From: an uncultured delta proteobacterium
Lineage (GTDB): Bacteria > Desulfobacterota > Binatia > UBA9968
Reading direction: 5' to 3'
Assembly (NCBI GenBank): GCA_963745035.1
Contig: CAVUVW010000013.1
Location: 1,504,001 to 1,568,000 of the forward strand
DNA length: 64,000 nucleotides
Numbering within the stretch: position 1 is the first letter of the stretch; each line of letters starts with the position of its first letter. Of this stretch, positions 41,339 through 52,700 are shown in pieces. A program made the position numbers and the translations under genes. The notes beneath the pieces were generated by a model. It was not told where the DNA came from and made no database searches. It saw only the letters and a list, made by a program, of their open reading frames with translations.

Positions 41339-42863
41339 CTACGCGACCTCCTGCACGAAATCGGCCAGCCGCTCGCCGATCATGATCGACGTCAAGTTCG
41401 TATTCGCCCGGCTCACCACCGGCATGATCGATGCGTCGCCGACCCAGAGATTTTGCATGCCGTGCACGCGCAGGCGCTGATCGACGACGGCCATCTTGTC
41501 CGAAGCCGGGCCCATTTTGCAGGTGCCCGACGCCGTGGTGGTAGCTGTCGTAGGTCTTGCGCGCGAACTCGCCCCAATCTTCGCCCGGCCCGGGTTGAAT
41601 CAGCGGGCCGTAGTATTCTTTGATCTGCGGCCGGCGCACCAGCTCGTCGATGAACTGCATGGATTCGACCATCGCCTTCAAATCTTCCGGATGTTCGAGC
41701 ATGCAGGAATCGATGCCCAGCTGATCGTGCGGATCGGCGCTCTGGAGAAAAACCCGGCCGCGGTTGCGCTGCTCGAGCAGATGCGACGAGATCGGCATCA
41801 TGCGCTTGAGGCCGGTCACTTCCGTCGGCGGCCGCATGTTGATGTGAAAATTCGCCGCCTCGCTGATCGGATTTTTGCGGATGATCAGGCGAAAGCGCGG
41901 CACGACCCAGTCGACCTTTGGATTCTTTCGGCCCCTCGTAGGTCATGAACACCACCGGGTGGTCCTGATAGTTCTCGCCGATGCCGTTGAGCTCATGCAC
42001 GAGCGGGAATGCCGTGTTTCTTGAGCTCCGCCGACGGGCCGATGCCGGAAAGCATCAGAATCTGCGGCGAACCGTAGACGCCCGAGGTGACAAGAATCTG
42101 TCCGCCCAGCGCCGTGTGCATCTCGCCTTCGCGCTCGTAGTTGACTCCTTCGGCTTTCTTTCCGGCGAGCTTGAGCGAATGCACCTGTGCTTGATCGATG
42201 ATCGTCAAATTTTTGCGCCCGCGCGCCTGATTCAAATAGGCGATCACAGTGGATTGGCGTTTGCCGTCTTTAATGTTGTACGGCGACGCGCACACGCCGT
42301 AGGGTTCCGCCACGTTGAGATCCGGACACTTGGGCAAGCCCATGCCGTAAGCGGCGTTGAGAAACGCCTTGACCGGCGGCGCCGCGTCCCCTTCCATATC
42401 GAGCGTAAAGTTGCGCTTGACGTAGAGCGGCCCGTCTTTGCCGTGGATCGGGACTGTCGGGATAATCCTGATCCGACTCGATCTTTTTCATGAACGGCAA
42501 ACATTTCTCATAGGTCCAATCGGGATTGCCCGCGGCCACCCATTGATCGAGGTCGTAGCGCTGCGGCCGCAGCACCGACATCACGTTGACCGACGAGCCG
42601 CCGCCCATGATGCGCCCGGCGAGCGCGTAATAGGTGCTGCCATCCAGATGACGCTGGGTCGGATACATCGCGACGAAGTCGGATTCCAAAAGCAACCGCG
42701 TTTGCTTCGAGGCATCGGCGACCAACTCCGGCAGCGGCCACGGGTCCGGTCCCGCTTCGAGCAACAAAACTTTGCGGTTCGGATCTTCCGAAAGCCGCAT
42801 CGCCGCCACGCAGCCCGCCGACCCGCCGCCAACAATGATCACGTCATACTTCTCGTCCGCCAT
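41339..42863 (-). CDS. GMC family flavoprotein oxidoreductase (choline dehydrogenase-like; several frameshifts)
   Basis: [44 protein letters not shown] and [12 protein letters not shown] across joined ORFs. Confidence 0.88.
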
Positions 42864-42969
42864 TAATGTCTCCTGATAAATCCTGACAGCTGCTCCTGTT
42901 GTTCGTTTTTCTTAGTCCATCCGCTTGAGCGCTTCAACCGTTTGAACGGTTTGAACGTTATCTGCTCAC

Positions 42970-43422
42970 TCATCCTTGCTCGCCAAGTCCCTTATGCAAG
43001 CGCTTCGTGAACTCCTGCAGGATCAACGTCGCCGTCGCACGCAACACCATATCGCCGAGGATACCGAGCCGGCCTTTGATCTTCACGTCGGCCTTATAAT
43101 CCATCTGCGACGTGGTGTCCGAAACCCGGCGCAGATCCACGGTCATGTCGGCGTTCACGGTGCTTTTGGTCACCGTATCCGTTCCTTCGGTCCGTACCAC
43201 CATCTGCTCCGGCGGCCGGCTTTCGACAATCGTTGAGCGAAAATTGAATTTTCCCGAAATCGGCCCTACGTTCGCCGAAATAATCCCATCGAAGGTCTTA
43301 TCGTCGATCTGCTTGACTTCGTCGATACCCGGTAAGCAGGTGGAAAATTTATTGATATCGATCAAAAAGTCCCAGGCTTTCTCCGCCGAAACATCGAGAT
43401 CGATCTTACCGTCAAGAATCAT
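42970..43422 (-). CDS. CoxG / SRPBCC family protein
   Basis: WDFLID...CLPG...VGPISGKF...GRLGILG. Confidence 0.85.
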   Translation of the reverse strand: MILDGKIDLDVSAEKAWDFLIDINKFSTCLPGIDEVKQIDDKTFDGIISANVGPISGKFNFRSTIVESRPPEQMVVRTEGTDTVTKSTVNADMTVDLRRVSDTTSQMDYKADVKIKGRLGILGDMVLRATATLILQEFTKRLHKGLGEQG

Positions 43423-43643
43423 CGTGTGGATCGCTCCTCAGACAAATTCACGCGCGATCTTATGTGAGAAAAAAACGCGTGACAAGTCCGGATCAAAAAT
43501 TCAGTTGCCAAGCCCACCGGACTTATTCTAAATTGAAGCCGCCCTTCAGAGCTGGATGATGCCGCTTCGGTAAGACCACGATGCTCGCAACCTACGCTCT
43601 CCCCAGTCCAAATCAGGATTCTGTTGACAGCAAGAGGTTCTAG

Positions 43644-45682
43644 ATGCCGAGACTGCAAGGTACGAAGAAGTACTGCGCTCACGCGTTACGGCTTGTGACA
43701 ATCCTAGCTTGGCCCGTCTTACTGGAGGGGCAAACCACCGCGGGCTTGAGCGTTTCAATTACCGGTGCGAGGGTGGCGGCCGATCACCGCCCGGTTGTAA
43801 CCTTCAAACTGAACGACTCAAGGGGAACGCCGCTTGACGTTACCAATGTCGATGGGAACAGCCTCAAATTTACCATTGCCGTTATCAAGGAGGAGAAGAG
43901 CGGCGCGACGAACTATCACAACTACATCCTTACCAAAGTCAGCGGCAAGGAATTCGTCTTCCGAGGCGAACCCAAGCAACCGACGCTTGCCGAAACGCTT
44001 CAACCGCATTTCGACCAGGGCGGCACCGTGACCAAACTCAAACCCGGTCTGTTCAATTACACTTTCAAGACCGCGCTGCCGGCAACTTACGATCGTAATG
44101 CCACTCATGTCGTCGGCGCAGAGTCGACTCGCGAAAATGGCAGATACGTCGGCAATGCGCTTTTCGAATTCATCCCATTCGGCGGCAAAGTCAAAACCAG
44201 CCGGTCGGTCATCGATACCGCCTCATGCAACACCTGCCACGAACCCCTCAAGGCGCACGGCGGCACGCGGCACGAAGCGAGCTATTGCGCGCTTTGTCAC
44301 ACCTCGCAACTTACCGATCCGGAGAGCGGAGAAAACCTCGATTTCAAAGTTCTCGTCCACAGAATACATCGCGGCAAGCTACTGCCGAGCGTGCGTGAAG
44401 GAAAACCTTTTTTCACGGTGGGAGAAAATCAACGCGTCAGCGATTATTCGACGATCCGCTATCCGCAAGTGCTGATGACCGACGGAACGCACAAGGATCT
44501 GAGAAACTGTAATGCTTGTCACACGAGCTCGGCGCAGACCGACCATTGGAAGAGGTTTCCAAGCGTGGCCGCGTGCACTTCCTGCCACAGCAATGTTGAC
44601 CTGGCGACCGGCAAAAACCACAAGCTCGGACCGGCGGCCGACGGGACCTGCATCGGCTGCCATCCGCCGGACGGACCCGAGTTCGGCCCGTCGATTACCG
44701 GCGCGCACACGTTCCCTGGAAATTCAGCGCAACTTCCGGGTGTCGTCTTTGACATCTTGAAGATCACGGACAGCCAGCCGGGCAAGAATCCGCTGGTCAC
44801 ATTCAGCCTCAAAAACAAAAAGGGCGAGCCGCTCGATCCGACAAAGATGCCGAATCTCCGGCTCGTAGTTGCGTGGCCAACCACGGACTACAAAGTTGCA
44901 GTCGAAGAGGACGCCAGAAAAGCTCAGGCGGCGGGCAGCGGCGTGTACACGCTTCAGATTCAACTATACAATTCCTAACGACGCCAGCGGTTCGGGCGCC
45001 GTCGGTATCCAAGGGTTCACCTTCGTCGATCTGAAAAAGCCCAACGGCGAGACCATCAAGGGACAAAGAGACGTGGGATTCAACGTCGTCAAATACTTCT
45101 CGATTACCGATAAACAACCGGTAGAACGACGCAAAGCGGTCAAGATCGAAAACTGCAACGTCTGCCACTTGAAACTAGCGACCCATGGTGAAGCGAGGAA
45201 CAACAGCGAATTTTGCGTCATGTGTCACAACGCCAGCCAGAACCGATGGAGATAAGCGAAAGGCGGCCAAAGGCACCGAGCCCGCCGAGAATGTCCATTA
45301 CAAGAGGCTCATTCACCGGATCCACACGGGCGCAAACCTTGGAGAATCATGGATCGTGTACGGCGGTACCCCCGCAAAGCCTGGACCGATCGAGTTCGGC
45401 GACATCCGTTTTCCAGGCGATCGGAGAAATTGCGTCAAGTGTCACGTACCCGGCGCCAATGAATTGCCGTTGCCCGCGGGATTACTGGCGACGATCATTC
45501 CCCAAAAAGACGGTAGCACGACAGCGCTCCAGCCGATCACCAGCGCCTGTATCGGATGTCATACTCAAGATCACGCCAGGCTCCACATGGATACGATGAC
45601 CGCATCCAATGGCCAGGAAAGTTGCGTGACATGCCACGGCGCCGGCCGCACGTTCGCGGTGGACAAAGTGCATCAAAAATAG
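43644..45682 (+). CDS. OmcA/MtrC family decaheme c-type cytochrome (frameshifts near 44955 and 45240)
   Basis: Ten CXXCH motifs (CNTCH, CALCH, CNACH, CTSCH, CIGCH, CNVCH, CVMCH, CVKCH, CIGCH, CVTCH) in two pentaheme blocks, each preceded by a beta domain; HGG.R and HRIH.G motifs; N-terminal signal. Confidence 0.9.
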
Positions 45683-45809
45683 AAGGGGCCTACGGATTGC
45701 CGAAGAGGATTTCCCGCGCCGCACTGTGGTGCGCGCGCGACGAAGGCTCAGCATCTAGAGCGGCGGGAAAATTTATGACCGGTTAATTTGGGCAGTTGGC
45801 CCACTTAGG

Positions 45810-46100
45810 TCAATCCCTGATCTCGTACTCCCGCTCGTTCAAAATAATTTTCCCCGAGACCGGCATGCGTTTACGCATCGAGTTGACCGTGTGACAGCCC
45901 TTATCGGCGAGCTGCGCAACTTGAATAACCCTTTCCACCGGCGGAGCGGTCTTGATGTTAAAAAAATAGCTGAGCCCTCGCGCAGCTTGTGAAAAATACT
46001 CCATTTCGAGATCGTCGCCACTGCCGCTTTCGCCAGCGCCACGAGGCTTGGTCGGCGGCGCTATTGCTAACGGAGCCCACTTCGCTCATTGGCAGAATCA
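45810..46100 (-). pseudogene. Possible OsmC-like C-terminal fragment
   Basis: FNIKTAPPVERVIQVAQLADKGCHTVNSMR resembles the OsmC C-terminal Cys region; the upstream part has two in-frame TGAs and no clear start. Confidence 0.35.
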
Positions 46101-46253
46101 ATAGCGTCCGTGGCTCGGCGCGTCTCCAGCGTCAACGCCGATCTGGCTTAGCTTGAGACCGCTGAGAATCCTTTTTATGGAGCCCGTCCGTCAAGATTTA
46201 TAGCTTGCTTTCAATGGCCGTCCAAATATATTCTCACCCATGCGTGACGCGCT

Positions 46254-49200
46254 ATGATCTGCCCGCAGTGCCAATCCGAAAACTCTAATATTGTCGCCTT
46301 TTGCGACCAGTGTGGAACACAGCTGGAAGCACCCTGCCCACGGTGCGGCGAGCCAAATCGGCAAGGAGCCAAATTCTGCAGACGCTGCGGTCAAGCAATC
46401 GGTGAAACACCCGTCAGGTCTTCTCCCCTCAACGTCGGGACACCGGCACCCGATACCTATGTCCCAAAACACCTCGCTGAAAAGATACTGGCTTCCCGCC
46501 ACAAGCTGGAAGGAGAACGGAAACAGGTGACCGTTTTCTTTGCAGACATAAGAGGATCGACAACTTTAGTGGAGGGGCTCGATCCTGAAGAGGCTCAGAA
46601 GCTAATCGACCCGGTTCTGCGCATCATGATGGACGCAGTCCACAAATACGAAGGGACTGTGAATCTGGTCGCAGGCGATGGCATCATGGCGCTGTTCGGC
46701 GCACCTTTAGCGCATGAGGATCACGCGCTACGTGCATGCTATGCGGCGCTGGCCGTGCAAGAAGAGATGCGTCGCTACCGACAAGGGCTCGGCCAATCCG
46801 AAGAATCGGGCCTACACATCGGCGTGGGAATGAACTCTGGCGAAGTCGTGCTCCGTTCGATCGATACTGATCTCACCATCGACTACTCGGCTATAGGCTA
46901 CACTACGCATCTCGCAGCTCGGATGCAGGAGCTCGCAGGCCCGGGTATCGTTCTCATGTCGTCCACTACGCTGCGGCAAGTCGAAGGCTTTGTTCAGGTT
47001 GAATCCCTCGGTCCCGTGCAAGCCAAGGGTATTTCGCAGCCGTTCGAGGCTTATTCGCTCATTGGTACAACCTCCGCCCGCACCCGCTTCCAAGCTGGTG
47101 TGGGTCGTGGGTTGACACCGCTGGTCGGACGCAACGCGGAAATCGATATTTTCAACAAACTGGTCGAGCAAACCGCGGCGCGCCACGGCCAACATATTGG
47201 CGATGGTTGGCGAGCCCGGTATGGGAAAATCGCGTTTGGTCCACGAATTTACGCGACACCAGCTGCCCGCCGGCTGGCTCGTCTTGGAAGGCGCATCGGT
47301 GTCTTACGGCAGGGCTACCCCATTTTTTCCACTGATCGAAATGCTGCGCCGCTACTTTCAAATCATCGCCGGCAATGGACAGCAGGAAATTCAAGAGCGA
47401 GTGGTCAATTATGTTTTGGAATTGAGCAACATGCTCAAAGATGCCATTCCACCAATCCTTTCATTATTCGGAGCACTCCCGGAAAAAAACCATTCGCCGC
47501 CCTCCGGCGAGCCGGATTGGCTATCAAAACATCAAGATGTAGTCGAGATGGTCAAACGATTCGGCGCGATGGATCCACAACAGCGGCAGCGCCGTATCTT
47601 TGATGCGGTAAAGCGGGTACTTATCCGTGAGAGTCAGCGGCAGCCGTTGCTCATCGTTTTTGAGGACCTGCATTGGATCGACAGCGAAACGCAGGCATTT
47701 CTCGATGGCTTCGTAGAAAGTCTGCCCTTGTCGCAGATTCTTCTCCTGGTGGATTACCGCCCCGAGTACAGTCACTGCTGGAGCGATCGTTCATTCTATA
47801 GCCATCTTCACGTGGATCCGTTAAATCCCAGTAGCGCGGAAGAACTCTTGCAACACCTGTTGGGACGCAACCAGGACCTCCTGCCACTAAGGCAGTTATT
47901 GGCGGAACGTACCGTAGGAAATCCTTTTTTCGCAGAAGAGAGCGTGCGTTCTCTCGCGGAAGAAGGAGTTCTGCTGGGCGAGAAGGGGGCCTACCGGCCG
48001 AGCCTGAAAATTGATGAGATCCGTATCCCGAGCACCGTGCAAAACGTCGTGGCGGATCGTATCGACCGATTGTCTATTGCGGAAAAACATCTGCTGCAGA
48101 CCGCCGCCGTCATTGGCGTAATTGTTCCCTTACCACTACTTCGTGCTGTTGCCGGGTTGCCTGAAGATGAGCTGCAGGGTCAGCTTGCTCACCTCCAGGC
48201 CGCCGAATTTCTCTATGAATCAAACCTTTTCCCCCAGTTGGAGTACAAGTTCAAGCATGCTCTTACCAATGAAGTGGCCTACGGGGCTTTGCTTCACGAG
48301 CGCAAAACTTCTTTGCACGCAAAAATCGTGAGCGCGCTCGAAAAGAGCGTAACCGACAATTTGCGCGATCACATTGAAACGCTTGCTCATCACGCTTATC
48401 AGGGAGAAATTTGGGAGAAAGCCGTAGGCTATTCGTGGCAGGCGGGCGGAAAAGCCTCGCAACGTTCGGCGAATCAGGAAGCACGAGAATTTTTCCAGAC
48501 CGGTTTGAGGGCGTTGGAGCATCTTCCGCAGAGTCGCGCCAATCTGCAACTGGGCGTCGATCTTCGGTTAGAACTTCGCAATCCCCTTTATTTTCTCGGC
48601 GAGTTCGATGAATTACACCTTCGCCTACGTGAAGCCGAATCCATGGCGCAAAGACTTTCAGACGATCGTAGACTGGGACGAGTGGTCAATCTTCTAACCT
48701 CGTACTATGGCCTTGTGGGGAAGCACGATCGCTCCATCGAATTCGGGACGCGTGGCCTAAAAGTCAATCGAGGCGACGTGGAGCTGAGTACAGCTACCCT
48801 CTACTATATGGGCGCAGAATCCCATCTCGTCGGGCAATATGAACAAGCGATTGCCTTTCTCAAGCAAGCTCTCTCAGTCACGGAACTGGAGCGCTTCAAA
48901 TACGAACGATTTGGCACGGCATTTCCCTTATCGGTAAGCTGCCGAATTTGGTTAGCTCAATCGTCGGCTCAACTCGGGCGCTTCAAGGATGGTAAAGCGA
49001 CTGCCGGAACGCGATAGCAATCGCTAAAGAAGCCGTCCACAACTCCAGTCTTGCTTACGCTTATATCAGTCTGGGATATGTTTATCTCGTTCAAGGAAAT
49101 ATTGGTTCCGCGATAAAGGCATTAGAAACCAGTCATGAGATTTGTGGCACCAATAATATTCAAGTATTGATGCCTCACATCGGCTCAAATTTGGGCTATG

Positions 49201-49693
49201 CATACGCTCTCGCCGGACGCCTTGATGACGCTCTGCCCCTAATGGAGAAGGCCGATAAACAGTCGGAGCTGATTGGCCGTAAATCAGCATGGGCATTGCG
49301 GCTCGCTTGGCTGGGTCACGCAAGTTTGTTAGGGGGTCGGCTCAGCGCAGCACGAGAGCAAGCGGAGCGCGCCGTGGCTTTGGCCATGGATACCGGTGAA
49401 CGCGGAAATGAAGCGTGGGCGCGTAAGCTCTTGGGGGACGTTATCAAGAAAAATCATCAGGCCCCATAGAAGCCCTTACACATTACGCTGAGAGTATGGC
49501 ATTAGCGACAGAATTAGCCATGGGCCCACTTCAGGCACAAATTCACTTGAGTCTAGGACGTTTGCACCGTCGTGAGGATCAAATCGAGAAAGCCAGCGAT
49601 GAATTATCTATGGCTCTCACGTCTTATCGCGCGATGGGAATGTCTTTCTGGATAGACGCAGCGGAGCGCGAACTCAGCACTTTAGTTCATTGA
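46254..49693 (+). CDS. Double zinc-ribbon / class III adenylate-guanylate cyclase / AAA ATPase / TPR protein (frameshifted)
   Basis: Four CxxC pairs at the N-terminus; FADIRGST, GDGIMALFGAP, HLAARMQ; GEPGMGKSRL Walker A; FEDLHWID; GNPFFAEE; YKFKHALT; TPR-like tail. Confidence 0.9.
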
Positions 49694-49714
49694 CGATTAA
49701 AGAGGGCACTCGCC

Positions 49715-52700
49715 ATGATTGTTGAAACGCAGAAACAATCGAGCGTTGTTGCGCCAGCAGGGTCTCAAGTTACGCCCTCCAATCCTTTTATCGAATTTTC
49801 CAAGCACGATATCGAGCAGTCGATCGGCAGCCGGTTTCAACAAATAGTTGACCGAGATCCGTCGCGAATTGCAATTAAGACACGAGAACCGACTCACGAC
49901 CTACGGCGCGTTAAACAAAATGGCGAACCGGGTCGCCCATGCTCTTCGATCGGCAAGCGGTACCAGCAATGAACCCGTTGCGTTGTATGGAGGAAACGAT
50001 GTAAGCACAATTGCCGCGATCCTGGGCGTTGCCAAAGCCGGTAAAATTTATGTTCCTCTCGACAAGTCGTTTTCCGAAGCATGGACGAAGTTCATCCTTG
50101 AAGATACACGGGCAAAGATCGTACTTACCGGAAGTGGCGGGCCAGAGGCAATTAAACCATGGCTACGATCTGAACACATACTAATCGACTTCGACTCACT
50201 CGATCCCCATTTGAGCGAGGAAAATCCGGTTGGGACGGTTTCCCCCGACGATCTTTTACAGATTCTCTACACCTCCGGAACAACGGGCCAGCCGAAAGGA
50301 GTGATGGATAACCATCGCAACATGCTTCATAACACGATGAGATTGACGAACGTGGCGCATATTTCGCCAGATGACCGCATGACATTGGTGCGTCCGCCCA
50401 GCAGCGGCGGGGGGCTGTGTAATCTGTACCTGAGTTTACTGAACGGCTCGGCAATATACCCGGTAAACATTAAGCGCGTAGGATCGACAGCAATCGTGGA
50501 TTGGCTCCGGCACGAAAAGATTACAATCTTCCATTCCCGTGCAGCGAGTATCGTCGTTTTGTCCATCAACTGACTGCCGAAAACACATTTCCTGGTTTGC
50601 GCATCATTCGGGTGGGCAGCGGTCAGCTCTTCGACAAGGACGTGGAGTTATTCAAGCGCTATTTCCCCGACACTTTGCTGTTCCACACTTTTACGTGCAC
50701 GGAAATTCACATCTATCGAGTTCTTTTTCTGAGTAAAGATTCGCAAGTTCCCCGCGGCGCCTTGCCGGTAGGCTACGCAGTCGAGGATGTAGAAGTCTTG
50801 ATTCTCGACGATTCGGGGAACCCGCTCGGAGTAAACGAGATCGGCGAGATCGCGATTCGCAGTGCTCATCTATTCCGAGGGTATTGGAATAATTCGGCGT
50901 TGACGGATGCCGCATTTGTCGGGAGGCCAAATGACCACGGTGAGAGACTTTTTCATACCGGCGACTCCAGCACTACAGCTGGATGGCTGCCTTGAATTTT
51001 TGGGGCGTAAAGATTTTCATACTAAAGATCCGCGGCCACAGGATACACGCAGAGGAAGTTGAGTTGGCGCTGCAACGGTTGGCGGAAATAGGTCAGGCTG
51101 TGGTGACGTCGTACAAAGACGATTATGGCGATGAGCGGCTAGTGGCGTATGTTACACCATCCGGCAGCGAGTTTCCGACGACAAGTGCAAATCCGCAGCT
51201 CGCTGAAAGAATCGCTCCCGGATCATATGCTGCCAAGTAAATTTGTATTTCTTGAGAGCTTGCCATTAACTGCTAGCGGCAAAATCGATCGTCGGGCATT
51301 ACCAAAACCTAACTTACAACGGCCCAAACTCGTCACCCGTTTCAGCGCACCAACCACGCCGGTAGAATCCGTGCTCGCCCAGATCTGGGCAGAAACTTTG
51401 GGCCTAACCAGCGTGGGAGTCCACGATCTTTTTTTCGATCTTGGCGGCGACTCAATAATCGCCTCGCGAATCGTTTCGGCTATCGGCCGAATTTTTCCCT
51501 GGGAACTTACGTTGGCGGAGTTTTACGACACTTGCACCGTGGCACAGACTGCGGAATGGCTGAATCGAAAAGCACCGAGTCCAGAACAGGCGGAGAGAGT
51601 TGCCCTTTGTATTTAAGAGTGCAGTCGATGTCTCCCGAGGAAGTCGAAACCGTACTAGCCGATGAACGGAACAAACGACAAAGACTAACGAAAGCCCAGC
51701 ATCTAGAAAAGGCTAGCGCATTGAACCAAAGAGATGAGCTATATATTTATCTTCTAGAGCGAGAGGGATTCGAGCGACAGCCCAAATTTACCGTCCCACA
51801 CAGGGAAAATCATGATGCTCCGCCTCCTTTGTCGTTTGCCCAGGAACGTTTCTGGTTTCTAGATCAATTCGAGCACGCCCATCCTATCTATAACGGTTGC
51901 AAAGCCGTTCGGCTCATTGGCCGACTGAACATCGAGGTTTTGCAGGAATGTCTTAATCTAATCGTGCACCGGCATGAAGTTCTGAGGACTACCTACCCTG
52001 CTCGGGATGGTAAGCCGATCGCGCGCCTTATACCCTCCTGTTCCATCGAAATTCCGATTGCAGACTTCGGAGAACATCCACAAATTCGAGCTACCCTACA
52101 TAGTTCAAGAATTGACTCGAAAAGAGTGGCTGCAGCCAATAAATCTCGCGGAAGAGTTACCAATCCGTTCGCGATTGTTCAGATAGACGATGCACACTTT
52201 GCTCCTCTTGACGCTGCATCAAATCGCCTCTGACAGTCAATCCGTGCCGATATTTTATCGCGAACTATGGACCGCATACAAAGCTAAATTGCACGGCAGA
52301 GATCCTCAGTTGTCGGCGCTGCCGATTCAATATGGCGACTTCGCCAGTTGGCAACGCCGGCGTGTTTTAACTGACGGTTTTAAGGCGCACCGTGAATACT
52401 GGCGTCAGCGACTGAACGGATCGCCGCCAGTTTTGAACTTGGCTGCCGACAAGCATCGACCTCACGTGCAAAGCTTTGACGGATCGAGGTTGCCAATTCA
52501 TTTCACTCAGCTGATGCAGCAAAAACTTAAGGTATTGAGTGGAGAGAACGGAGTTACGCTCTTTGTAACGTTGCTTACGGCATTTAAGACTTTGCTCTAC
52601 CGTTATACCGCTCAGACGGATGTCCTAGTCGGCTCTCCCATGCTGAATCGCGGACTGTCCGAATTGAGAAAACTTGATCGGGTCGTTTCTCAATACTCTT

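Noticed and set aside
46254-49693. Cyclase as a Pycsar/CBASS/Avs anti-phage system
   Set aside because: The architecture is the common DZR-cyclase-AAA-TPR signalling type, and there is no adjacent cyclic-nucleotide-binding effector, nuclease or TIR/TM effector
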